Shown: in pieces, positions 1 to 13,170 of the stretch
Position numbering within the stretch: the first letter of the stretch is position 1
Layout of the letters: each line of letters begins with the position of its first letter
NCBI RefSeq assembly: GCF_009914755.1
Contig: NC_060926.1
Direction: 5' to 3' (one strand)
DNA from: the human T2T-CHM13v2.0 reference genome, Homo sapiens
Length of the DNA: 64,000 nucleotides
Notes under the pieces: generated by a model
Seen by the model: the letters and a program-made list of their open reading frames with translations, nothing else
Told to the model about the DNA's origin: nothing
The model's database searches: none
Made by a program: the position numbers and the translations under genes

Positions 1-580
1 TGAAAAAGTTGTTTTGGCTCTTCTACATAGGTCCTTTGTATTTCTATTTGAATTGTAGAATCAGCCTGTCCAATTATATTAAAACAAACAAACAAAAACG
101 ATATGTTTAATTGAAATTGCATTGAATCTACAGGTCATTTTGGGAAAAATTAGCATTTTAACAATATTCAGTTTTCAAATTATGAACACAGTGTATCTCT
201 GCGTTTATTAGGATCTTTTAAAATTTCTCTCAGCAATATTTGGAAGTTTTCAGCATATAGATTTTGGATGTTATTTGTCAGATTTATCCCTTAGTATTTC
301 ATATTTTGGTGATATGGTTAAATTTTTACTTCAATTTTTAATTGTTCAGTGCCCGTATGTAGAAATACAATTAGTTTTTGTGTATTGATCTTGTACCCTG
401 CAAGTTTACTAACTCACTCATTCTAATAGCTCATTTTAGTATATTTCATCGAATCCTCTACATAGACCATCATGTCACCTGGGACTAGACAGATTTACTT
501 CTTTTTCAATCTGGATGCTTTTTTATTTTCTTGCCTAATTTCACTGGGGAGAATCTTTAGCAGTGTTAAAGAAAAGTGAT
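1..580 (-). mobile_element. Old L1M (L1MC/MD/ME-like) ORF2 fragment
   Basis: Antisense L1 ORF2-like sequence (gaattgtagaatcagcctgtcc, ttgaaattgcattgaatcta, tgtgtattgatcttgtaccctgc), homologous to 14790-15450 in this window. Confidence 0.8.
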
Positions 581-1189
581 GACCATTCTAAGTAACACCG
601 AGGGTTAGTTCAGTGATCTCATCAACTTAGCTTCCACAAAGCCTCCTGGTTCCTGTTTTCTACGTATCTTTCGTCATCTCAGTAAGGCAAGTGAAAAACT
701 TTGCTGAGAAAACACTGTCCCTGTCCTTCCCTCAAGGCAACGTCCAACTTAAACAAATTGGCCCATGCTTGATACACACTTGCCATTCATGTCCTCAAGC
801 TTCCGAAGGCCTGTCAGCAAATGAATGAATGGAGGTCATGTTTATACTTACACTGTCAACAGTCAGCAATTGTTGGGACTGAATTATTCTCATGGCTAGT
901 TATTAAATCATTAAGTCTTAAAAGTTTATTCATCCTAACAGTGCTCAGGACAATCTAGTTTTGTTTTTCTAAATGATGAATAAAATGTTTTCAAATTTGA
1001 GGGTCTGAATGAACCTAACAAATTATCACCCTTCTAAAAGGAACTTATAACAGAGCCATGATTTATAACTTTGAAGATGTCAAACTTCTTTGCTAACAAT
1101 AAATACTTACTGACTTCACATTAGCTGCCATGTCCATCAACGAGGAAACAGAAAGGTGAAGTGAAACTCACTATATCTCACGGTAAGGG

Positions 1190-1715
1190 GTATATGAGCT
1201 AAATTGCTTTCAGCTGCAAGTTTCAGAAAACCCCACCTCTAATTACCTTAAATAATAAGGAAATGTACTATTTTTCATGAAAAGAAATACAGAATAATAA
1301 CAGTGAGTACCATTATCCCACTCATTATGGAGCTTTTCTCAACTGGATCTCCAGAGAATTTAGCCCTAATGCCTTAAGGCATCTATTGCATGCAATTAAT
1401 TAACTTCTATGCATCTGTAGTGGTAGTATTTACTATCACTCTTGAGAGAATTAAGAAAAGATCCACATCTTTGTTCTGTGATTCCAAAGCAGAACCTCAA
1501 TTGAAGAAGGCTGAATAGTTTGGCTTTCTCCCCCTTTCGCCCTCAAAATGACTTCCTTTATGGTTATAAGACACGCCAGAGCATCCTGGCATCACATTCA
1601 AAAAAGACAGCTTTCAGGGATGAGGGAGGGAGGGGAGGAGGCCTTTTTCATTTAACTATTTATTAGAAGTGAGGGAACAAGAAGCCCCATCACACTTTCC
1701 CCTACAACTTATTAT
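1190..1715. mobile_element. Degenerate ERVL/MaLR LTR remnants (LTR33/MLT1-like)
   Basis: cagctgcaagtttcagaaaaccccacctctaattaccttaaataataaggaaatgtac resembles the LTR33/MLT1 terminal motif; heavily diverged. Confidence 0.4.
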
Positions 1716-1723
1716 GTTGGCCC

Positions 1724-2103
1724 AATGAAAGAAGTAACTGCAGATGTGGTAGAAACAGCAAGAAAACTCACATTAGAAATGGAGCCTGAAGATGTGACTG
1801 AATTGCAAGAATCTCTTGATAAAACTTTAACAGATGGGGAGTAGCTTCTTATGGATGATCAGAGAAAGTGGTTTCTTGAGATGGAATCTACTCCTGGTGA
1901 AGATGCTGTGAACGTTGTTGAAATGACAACAAAGAATTAAGAACATTACAGAAACCTGCTAGATAAAGTAGTAGCAGAATGTGCGAGGAGTGACTTCTGT
2001 TTTGAAAAAAATTCTACTGTGGTTACAATGCTATCAGACAGCATCACATGCTGCAGAGAATTTTTTGTGAAAGGAAGAGTCAATCAATGTGGCAAACCTC
2101 AAT
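1724..2103 (+). mobile_element. Tigger1 fragment (3' part of transposase), inverted relative to the rest of the element
   Basis: gaagtaactgcagatgtggtagaaacagcaaga...gagatggaatctactcctggtgaagatgctgtgaac...gaaaggaagagtcaatcaatgtggcaaac matches recalled Tigger1 in sense orientation. Confidence 0.9.
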
Positions 2104-3580
2104 CTATGGTACTATCACCTTACAAAATATATTTTTTAAATAGTAAGACTTCAGAGTCAAAATTACCCCTTGATCCATGAGTTGCAGAATGGACGTTGTG
2201 TTAGCAGGCATGAGAACAGCATTAGTCTCCTTGTGCATCTCCATCAGAGCTCTTGAGTAACCAGGTGTATTGTCAGTGAGCAGTGATATTTTGAAATAGT
2301 TTTTTTTTCTGAGTATTAATCTCAACAATGGGCTTAATGTATTCAGCAAATCATGCTGTAGACAGATGTGCTGTCATCCAGGCTTTGTTGTTCCATTTAT
2401 AGAGCACAGGCAGAGTAGATTTAGCATAATTATTAAAGGCCCTAGAACTTTTGGAATAATAAATGAACATTGGCTTCAATTTAAAGTCACCAGCTACATT
2501 AGCTCCAAACAAGAGAATCAACCTATTCTTTGAAGCTTCTAAACCAAGCATTGACTTCTCCTCTCTAGCTGTGAAAATTCCAATATAAGGATGTTTCATC
2601 CACATTGAAAAATCTATTATTTAGCCACCTTCATCAATAATCTTAGCTAGATTTTCTGGATAACTTGCTATGGCCTCTATATCAGCATTTGTTGCTTCAC
2701 CTTATACTTTATTTTGTGAGAATGGCTTCTTTCCTTAAACCTCATGAACCAACCTCTGCTGGCTTCCAAGTTTTCTTCTGCAGCTCCCTCACCTCTCTCA
2801 GTCTTCATGGAATTGAAGAGAGTTAGAACCTTGCTCTGGATTAGGCTTTGGGCTTTGGTTTAAAAGAATGTTGTGGCTGGTTTGATCTTCTATCTAGACC
2901 ACTTAAACATTTTTTTTTTTTTTTACCATATTAGCAGTAAGGCTGTTTTGCTTTCTTATAGTCATTTGTTCACTGAAGTAGCACATTTAATTTCCTATGG
3001 GAACATTTCCTTTGAATTTACAATTTGGCTGTTTGTCATAAGAGGCCTAACATTTGAGCTATTTTGGCTTTTGATGTGCCTTCCTCACTAGGCTTATTTG
3101 TTTATAGTTTTTGATTTAAAGTGAGAGATGTGCAAGTCTTCCTTTCACTTGAACACTCAGAAGCCATTTTAAGATTACTGAATTGCTTAATTTCAATACG
3201 TTTGTGTTTCATGAAATAGGAAGGCCCACAGAGAGGGAAAGAGATGGGGGAACAGCCTGTTGATGGAGCACCCATAACATATACAACATTTATCAATTAA
3301 GTTTGCAGACTTATGTGAGCATAGATCATTTTTCCCCAAAACAATTATAACAGTAACATTGAACATCACTGATCACAGAGCACCATAACAGATATAGTAA
3401 TAATGAAAAGCTTGAAATATTGTGAAAATTACCAAAATGTGGCACAGGACATGAAGTGAGAACATGCTGTTTGAAAAATGATGCAGACAGACTTGAGGCA
3501 GGGTTGCCACAAGCTTTCAATTAGTAAAAATGTAATTTCTGTAAAGTGGAACAAAGTGGAACACAGTAAAAGTAGGTATT
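2104..3580 (-). mobile_element. Tigger1 DNA transposon, 5' TIR through most of the decayed transposase
   Basis: ORFs 2104-2349, 2351-2605 and 3102-3296 translate to pogo/Tigger transposase remnants ([34 protein letters not shown]); the Tigger1 5' end is seen antisense at 3430-3580. Confidence 0.93.
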
Positions 3581-4079
3581 GAAAGGTTTAAGCGTAACTT
3601 AAAAACATCCCAGAATCTATAACTTAAATACATCTAGAAAGGTTGTCAGTAGTGACTCAATCGAATATACTTTATGAAGCCATAGAAATGTATCACTAGT
3701 GATTCATATTTGCTCATTTTTACCCGGGTGCTTTATATTTGTTTTCTATATGTTTTCATCTCTTCACTTATTTATTTGACAATACCTCAATCAGAACTTA
3801 GGTACTAGACAACACTCTAGTTTAAGAACAAGGAGACTCATTGGTGGATATTACCCAGCTTAGAAGAATCCTTTGAATGTTTGAAGAAACAGACTCTGAC
3901 TTGAGCAGACCCAGGGCAACTCAGAGACTCTTTTATTATCAGGGAAACACTGAATTGAGAAATTGCTACTACTGCTGCCACCTCCAGAAGTGGCAAAATG
4001 GATGACCTAAATTCTGTTAATTCTTAGGAAGGCAGCTACTCATCACTAGGACATCTGCTGATGCTGCTGCAGAAAACTG

Positions 4080-4148
4080 TCATTACCACCATTACCATCA
4101 CCACCGTAATCATCACCATCGTAATCATCACCATCTTCATCATCATCC
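4080..4148. repeat. Degenerate (CAT/CAC)n trinucleotide repeat
   Basis: cattaccaccattaccatcaccaccgtaatcatcaccatcgtaatcatcaccatcttcatcatcatc. Confidence 0.8.
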
Positions 4149-4621
4149 TTGCAGTTTGAATGCTTGGAAGTCCATAGATTTTACATGAGTAAATCTAAAT
4201 GATCAAAGCTAAATGACATCTGAAAGCTTACCTGCCAAGGAATTTGTGAATGTCATTTTAGGTTTCAACCCTTACAGTAACAATAAGGCCAAGTAGAAGG
4301 AAGTTAGCTGTTGGTGTTGATTCCAATTAATCATCTTCCATGGTTTATAACACAAAGGAGGTTGTAGCAATTGGAGATGTCAGTAAATGAAAAAACAAAG
4401 CAATTATCCCAAATATGCCTCCAAAACAAATGAAGTATATTCATTTCCCATGTTTCTACATATTTTTAATAATGTTTTCTTTTAAAATATTTGATATTTT
4501 TAAGTAAAAATATTTCCCATAGTAAAATGTTATAAAATATAGCGATATATTATTTAAAGGTGATAGTCCACTAAAATCACATATCCCTAATAATCACAGA
4601 TAAATTTTGGTGTTTTTTCAG

Positions 4622-4675
4622 ATATTTCCAATGCAGACTATGGAGAGATAGAGAAGAGATAAGAAAGAGAAAGAG
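4622..4675 (+). other. Candidate 54-nt cassette exon or pseudo-exon
   Basis: Branch-like ccctaat about 30 nt upstream, acceptor ttttggtgttttttcag|, purine-rich body, consensus donor gag|gtgagt; no transcript evidence. Confidence 0.3.
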
Positions 4676-4733
4676 GTGAGTCGTGAGTGCAGTTGTAAAA
4701 TATAAATACTTTTAAAAAGCAGAAAAGAAATCA

Positions 4734-5033
<300 letters not shown>

Positions 5034-5039
5034 GAAATA

Positions 5040-6230
5040 AAATTATACAAAATGTATTATTAGGAACCTTTTATTTCTAAATTAACAATACATTTTGGGC
5101 ATTTTTTATGTGAGTATATGCGTAAGATCTACCTTATTTTCCTCATTTTTAATGGGACATAATAGTCTATTGCATGATGGTATCATAAAAGATTTATTTG
5201 TTATTATTAGACAATTGATTATTCCTCGTTTTATTAGTATGAAAATGTAAATAATTTACAATGAACATCATGTTGCATAGAATAAAAAATCATGGATATT
5301 TGTTTGGTTTATATCTCCAATTTCCACTCAAAAAGATAATGTGTATTATGTTCCTACTAGCAGTAAATAGAAGGGTATTTTCCTGATATCCTTATCAACA
5401 TCAAATGTTGGCAAAATTGATTATCTTTGTCAGTCTCTATGTCAAACATGCTATTATTTCATTGTTACTTTAATTTATATCTATTTTACTAGTAAGGAGG
5501 TTGACTTTTTTCTATGTATCTATTGGTTGGTTGTATTTCTTACACAGTGCTTTCCTTTTTATATTCTTTGTCCATATTTTTCCTAGGTCAATTATTTGCC
5601 ATTTGATTTTTAAGAGTTGTTTATATTTTGTATTTATCAGCTCAATGTTTGATCATCTATGATGCACGTATGTTTTTTTCTGTTTGCAACTTGCCTTTTC
5701 ACTTCATTATGTTTCTAATGATTTAAGTTACCAATTTAATCAATTTTGCATTTTATGTCATGCTTAGAGTCATCTTCACCACTCTAAACTTTTATCCATG
5801 TATATTTTATAATACCTATTGTTTCATTTTATTTGATCCATTTGAATGTATTGTGATGTGAGGAATGAAGTGGGGGTTTCCTTTTTTTGTTCCCTAATTG
5901 GCTGCTAGTTTTCTCCATGTCATTTCTACTCTTTATCCTCCCCCAATAATTTGTTTATCATTTATAAAATGCTTTCTGGATTCTTGAGTCTTATTTGGAC
6001 TTTCTTATCTTGCATTGTTTTGACTACCTTAATGTGTAGACATTAAGGCACAGTCTCATTCCTTTATTAGTCAACTTTATCTATTGTAAATTGAAGTGTG
6101 ATCTACCCCTACATTTTTTTCTTTCTTTAATTCAATATCTCCTAATATATCCTATTCTAGAATCAGATTTAAAATAAGGTTATGTAGATTTATCTCCTTA
6201 AGACTAGTTTGAACGTTAACATTCTAGTTT
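5040..6230 (-). mobile_element. Very old L1ME-like fragment(s)
   Basis: T-rich antisense L1 motifs (tttaatttatatctattttactagtaaggaggttgac, ttgatccatttgaatgtattgtgatgtgaggaatgaagtggggg). Confidence 0.55.
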
Positions 6231-6299
6231 AGTTTTTGTTTTTTTTTCTGTCAATACTTAGTGACATTTCTCTTAAGAATGTGAAATTTCTTGCTCTCT

Positions 6300-6651
<352 letters not shown>

Positions 6652-6865
6652 AGTATATATCTTTTCATAATACTTGTCATCTTCCCTAGTACCCTTCCTG
6701 CATTATAGAAATAAATTACAGAGATATAGTGTGGGGTGATGAAAGAAATAGACCATGTTTGCTTTTCAGTTCTTAATTTTCTTGCCTTTATAGAAACATG
6801 GCAAGAGTAAAAATAACTAATAAACTAAAGATTTTTCTCTGTATCAAGAACATAATTTTTTAACT

Positions 6866-7126
6866 TTTTAAAATTTTCTTTTTCATTTATTTTTCTTTTT
6901 TTATTTTTGTTTTATTTTATTTTAAGTTCCAGGGAACATGTGCAGGATGTGCAGTTTTGTTACATAGGTAAACGTGTACCATGGTGGTTTGCTGAACCTA
7001 TCAACCCATCACTGAGGTATTAAGCCCCACATGCATTAGCTATTTATCCCGATGCTCTCCCTCCCCCGACCCCATGACAGGACCCAGTGTGTGCTGTTCC
7101 TTTCCCTGTGCCCATGTGTTCTCACT
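6866..7126 (-). mobile_element. 5'-truncated L1PA (PA8-PA10-like) 3' end
   Basis: Poly-T followed by aagttccagggaacatgtgcaggatgtgcag...catgtgttctca; TSD-like aacataattttttaa / aacataaaattttaa. Confidence 0.9.
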
Positions 7127-7483
7127 AAAAACATAAAATTTTAATAGAATCTCTTTTCATTTAGAAGGTGACAATTCTATAGTTTCTTAATGATAAAAAA
7201 TATTTTTAACTTCTAAAGCTAATTAAAATTGCTTATAATTTGATTATATATTATATACTATTTAAAAACATAGCACCTTATTTCATGGCTGAGGTTATCT
7301 CTAGAAATACAAATATCTTTTTGCCTGTCTTTTGAAAACACAGAATAATACAGTCATGTTTACAAATAATCTTTTTAGAGCGTGCAATAAAAGAGTTCTA
7401 CCCTGGCTAAGAAGAAATTACTGACTGCTGACTGTGAGCAAATTTTGTTTTAGAGATGTCACTATTATTAAAGAATTAGGTTG

Positions 7484-7793
<310 letters not shown>

Positions 7794-8199
7794 ATTAGGT
7801 TGAAAAGTTCTCAGAGACTTAAACAGTTTGGGTTTAGCTAACTCCAGAGAACTGGGGATTTAGGAGATATTCTAAGATTTAACGAGTACTACCACCGCCC
7901 TGACCTTTAAAATTGATGTACAGCAGAAGCCATGTAAGAAGTCTACTGGATTCATTTACTAGATAAAAAATAATTTGTCTTATCATTCCTGTGCAACTGA
8001 ACACTTTTCTTATCCAACTAGCCTTGAAATTTTTATCCCAGCTTTCTGCTTCTATTGTATTGAATTTGTACTCCAACATGCACAGATAAGGAGTTATAAA
8101 AGGAAAGAGTTTGTTCATATCATAGATGACCACAAAGACAGTTCTTTCTCTTTATGATACGTTAGGGTTTAGAAAATATGCCTCTCACATATCCTTCTT

Positions 8200-9880
8200 T
8201 TAAAAATGACTGAACAATGATTACAATTTAATAATTCAAGATTGGAGTTAATATAGTATTAATGTAATGGTGTTCAGTGCTAGAAGCAGAAGGCATAGAG
8301 TATAGGCTAAATAGTAATTATAAATTTGGTAATAATACATAGAGCAAATACCAGAATTTGCTTTTGAGAGAATACACATACATATAAACACACATACACA
8401 CACAGGTATTTACCAACAATAACTTGGGTTTCTAGATTAAAAACAGTATTAACAAAAATTCAGGAGATATTCAACTAAAATTTTGTAGAATTAATAATAG
8501 CTTACAGTTATTAGAATAATACAAAAAATCAAAATCAATAGTTTTCTCATATAAATGCATAAATTAGTTTGAAGACATTTGGAAAATAGTCTATTTGTAC
8601 TAACAATAAAAACACCTACAAAATATTCAGCCGCCAAAAATGTGCAAAGAACACAATAAAACTTTAATAACAATTTTAAAATAATGAAAAAAAAAAACAC
8701 CTGTCCCTGGATGAAAAGACTGAGTTTTATAGATATCCATTCTTCTTAATTTTTATTCACCAGGAATAATAAACAGGACAACTAGTTGGGGAGAATATAT
8801 AGTTAAACTTCTAACTCATTTCATATGTCACTATTAATTTTAAATTAATATAAAATTAAATATAAAAAGAGAATCCTGTGAAGAAACTAGAAAAAAAATA
8901 AGTAACTAGGTACCCAATTTTGAAGTATGGAAGGCTTTTTACACACATACAGGCACACACACAAAGAAAATGACAACCAAATAAATAACAGCAAGATAAA
9001 TAAATAAATAAATTATAATAAAATTGATACATCTTATCACACAAAAAAATTCCATCAACATATATTGTATACAAAAACTCCAAGGCAGAAACTTGGGAAA
9101 ATATTTTTGTCAAAGATTAACCTTAACACATTAATATTCTAAGTATCTTTAGAAATAAATTTTTAAAGTTTCTTATATAAAATGGGCAAAACAATGAAAC
9201 AGAAAATGAAGAGCGATGTTTAAAACACTCAAAATACATATGGAAACAAATTTAATTCCAGAAACATTTATAAAAAATTAGAGATAACCATTCTTTGCCT
9301 GTCATATTAGCAGACATTGACACCATCTGTTGAGGTGGATGTCTAGGCAAATGCAGGCTCCTGTAGGCCACCTAAGGAAATTTCAAACACCTTAATTGTG
9401 TCACAAATTGGTATTGTTCATATAAGGTCTTAATCCTGCTTAGATTCTCTGCCCTACTTATTTTACTGGAGAGAAAAATGGTTAGCACTCTAGACTCTGG
9501 CAAATAATTAGAAATATGTAGAAGTATTTCTTATGTACCTGTTTGGTCACTATGTGAAAATCCAGCAAAAATCCGAATGCTCAAGAAGAGAACAGTAGGT
9601 AAATAAATTATGTACTAGTCATAAAATGTGTATCAGCTGAATTTAAGAATCATATTTTCAAAAATATTAAAGATGTGACTAAGGAAAAAGACAGTGGTAA
9701 GAGTTATGAACCATGTCAGTACTGCACTCTATAATGAAGGACGTCTGCATTAAACTGAAACAATATATAGATAAAAAAAAACAAAAGTGGGGGCAACTTT
9801 TATTACTGGGTGGTGAGATTACCAGGGATTTTTATTTTCCATACTATTTATGTGTTCTCAAGTTTTTGTCTAGAACACTT
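8200..9880 (+). mobile_element. Old L1ME-like ORF2/3' UTR fragments
   Basis: A-rich sense L1 motifs (cctggatgaaaagactgag, aaacttgggaaaatattttt, gggtggtgagattaccagggattttta). Confidence 0.55.
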
Positions 9881-10004
9881 TTTTAAAAGACTTGAAAACA
9901 GCAGCACTCAATGTAACAGTTATCTCTATATTCTAGAATTAGGTTAGATTTTTGTATCTCTACATAGGGAAAGTTTTATCAGTTACCATTTAATTTCCTA
10001 CAGG

Positions 10005-10143
10005 ACAATTACTTATCCTCATCAAGCTTTTGTTTTCTCATAAGTGAAATTGGGATAATACTTACTACATTGGATTATTTTTAGAATAAAATGAGATACA
10101 GGTAAAAAAAAACATTGTAACTGCTCGATAAATATTAATATTA
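10005..10143 (+). mobile_element. MIR fragment
   Basis: tttctcataagtgaaattgggataatacttac...aataaaatgagatacaggtaaaa resembles the MIR core. Confidence 0.55.
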
Positions 10144-10148
10144 ACCAT

Positions 10149-10548
10149 TGATACGGTTTGGCTCTGCATACCCACTGAAATCTCATGTAGAATTGCAATG
10201 CCCAATATTGGAGGCAGGGCCTGGTGGGAGGTGATTGGATCTTGGGAGCAGATTTCCCACTGGGTGCTGTTCTCGTAATAGTGAGTGAATTCTCCTGAGA
10301 TCTGGTTGTTTAAAAGTGTGTAGCACCTCCTGCCACCTTCCTCCTGCTCCAGCCACCTTAGATGAGCCTGCTTTCCCTTCATTTTTTGCCACGTTTGTAA
10401 ATTTCCTGAGACCTCCTCAGAATCCAAGCAGATGTCAGCATCGTGCTTCCCATACAGCCTGCAGAACTGTGAGACAATCAAATCTCTTTTTTATAAATTA
10501 CCCAGTGTCAGATATTTCTTTATAACAGTGCAAGAATGGACCAATACA
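10149..10548 (+). mobile_element. MSTA-like MaLR solo LTR
   Basis: tgatacggtttggctctg...gaatggaccaataca with TG..CA ends and 5-bp TSD accat/gccat. Confidence 0.92.
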
Positions 10549-11956
10549 GCCATTATTTTCACTTTTAAAGGTACTATTAAACCTGAGCCTCTCAAAATTG
10601 TAGTATTCTGCTTCAGTTACAATTACTACATAGAAAAAATTCTGCGCATGAAGCCCTTGGCCACTCCCCGTGAGTCTCCCCAGGCTTTGTAGCTTATGGT
10701 GCCACCTCAATGGGAAACTTATTTTTTCCCCTGGAGAGTATCGGAAGTGAACCTAGCCTAAGCTGGTGGGAGTGAGGAATGGAAAATACTACCCTGGTAG
10801 ACCATACGTTGGAACCTGAGGAACCTCATATTGCAGAGAGGGCACAGTTAAGTTGAGTCATGACTCAGGGGAAAAAATAATCACAGTGAGCAATATTGTG
10901 CAGAGATCAGGTGCTTTCTAAAAGTGAGCCTCCATTACTAAAGGTTTCATGATATCATTTGAGTATTGGTGTTCAGATGAGAAAGCTAAGAATGAGAAGC
11001 AGTAGCCAACAAATATTTCTTCCCTCCAATGAGGCATTGTGCTTGGGGAAACTGAAAACAGAAGAGAAGAGGGAAACGGGGAAAGAGTAGGTGCTGTCTT
11101 TCTTTAAGATGGAGTGTAACTGGAAACAGCCTCCAGCCAAGGTCAGGGTCAAGAGTAATAGAATCCTGGCAAGATGTGCTAGTTTATCTTCCCCCATGAA
11201 CTCTTGCCAAACAATATACACAGTGTCGTGCAGCACCGGAGAGTGTCTGATGCATCTCCAGAGTATTTATGAGGACTTCTGTTTTGAAGATAGTTTCTTA
11301 GGTAACAGAGTGAAAACATGTATGGATGAGCTCTCATTTATCAGTGCCTTGGCTTCCTGTGAAATTTAAACAGCAAGAATCTTGATATTTTGTCCTGAGT
11401 AAAGCAAGTTCTTCAAAGGGATGTATGGGGTGGGGGTTCTTTGAAGATGGTGTATGTCCAGCAGACTTTGCAAAAGGCTCAGCATCTGTGTAAGTTACGC
11501 AGAGGTCCCGGCCCAGTGTGTCTTGTCCCAGCTCTCATAGAAAATAGCCAGCAGCTGCAGGCTTGGGTGAAGCTGTTCGTTGTGGGGCCTTGAGACCCTG
11601 GCTGGGGAGTGTGCACTGTTTTGCTTTGCTTATTGCAAGCACCTTTGGATGTCCCTGAGTTTTTCAAGCTTCATTCAGCTGCTCTGGTGGCCAGAAGCTG
11701 TGCAGTTAGATGAGAAATTATCTGCTTTTTAAAACAATCCTTTTAGTTCTGTAACTTGAGCTGGCCCCTTGTTTCCACAGAACACTTTTTGTCAGCAGGG
11801 GAAAACAAGGAAATTCCCTAGGAATGAAGGAGAAAGTTGAAAGGGAGCAACCCCAAACACCAGAGTCCCTAAGACACTAAGCCAGGATGTGCCAAGGGAA
11901 GTGATTTTGGGGAGGATTAAAATAATTATTTAATAAGATAAAATAAAACAGTTTCC

Positions 11957-12243
11957 GGCCAGGCACGGTGGCTCACTCCTGTAATCCCAGCACTTTGGGA
12001 GGCCAAGACGGGTGGATCACGAGGTCAGGAGATCGAGACCATCCTGGCTAACAGGGTGAAACCCCATCTCTACTAAAAAATACAAAAAATTAGCCGGGCG
12101 TGGTGGCGGGCGCCTGTAGTCCCAGCTACTCAGGAGGCTGAGGCAGGAGAATGGAGTCAACCAGGGAGGCAGAGCTTGCAGTGAGCCGAGATCGCGCCAC
12201 TCCACTCCACCCTGGGCAACAGAGCAAGACTCCATCCCAAAAG
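11957..12243 (+). mobile_element. AluY with a very short tail
   Basis: ggccaggcacggtgg...gagatcgagaccatcctggctaac...gactccatcccaaaa. Confidence 0.95.
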
Positions 12244-12321
12244 AAAACCACTTTCCTATTCACTAAGATGCCAATAAAAATCCTCTAGTTTAGTTTTTTT
12301 AATTATAAAATAATACATCTT

Positions 12322-12700
<379 letters not shown>

Positions 12701-12833
12701 CTATAGAAAGATATAAAAATCTGATCTATTTCCAAAATGTAGAGATAATAGTTATATTTTGAAGTGTTACTTTTCAAGATTTAAAAATAAATAAATTTAC
12801 GTTCTAGGCAAGAATATTGACAACACGTAAATA

Positions 12834-13170
12834 TAGTCATGCATCTCTCAATGACGAGGATATGTTCTGAGGAATGCATTATTAGGTGGTTTCGTCATTC
12901 TGTGAACATTATAGAATGTAGTGGTACAAACCTAGATGGTATAGCCTACTACACACCTACCTATTTAGTATAGCCTATTGCTCCTAGGCTATAACCCTGG
13001 ACAGTATGTTTCTGTATTGAATACCATAGGCCATTGTAACACAATGATAAGTATTTGCGTGTCTAAACATAGAAAAGGAGCAATAAAAATAGAGTATTGC
13101 AATCTTATGGAATCAGGGTGATACATGTGGCCTGTTGTTGACCAAAATGTCATCATCTGGTTCATGACTG
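12834..13170 (-). mobile_element. Tigger3a (MER7A) non-autonomous DNA transposon
   Basis: TIRs tagtcatgc.../...tcatgactg flanked by TA; homologous in antisense to both ends of 20075-21287. Confidence 0.88.

Noticed and set aside
1105-1190. Exon-like segment 1125-1182 (attag|...acg|gtaagg)
   Set aside because: Very short pyrimidine tract and branch motif too close to the AG; insufficient support.
2104-3520. Transposase-like ORFs as a domesticated TIGD-type gene
   Set aside because: Multiple frameshifts and stops plus an internal inversion; ordinary decayed Tigger1.
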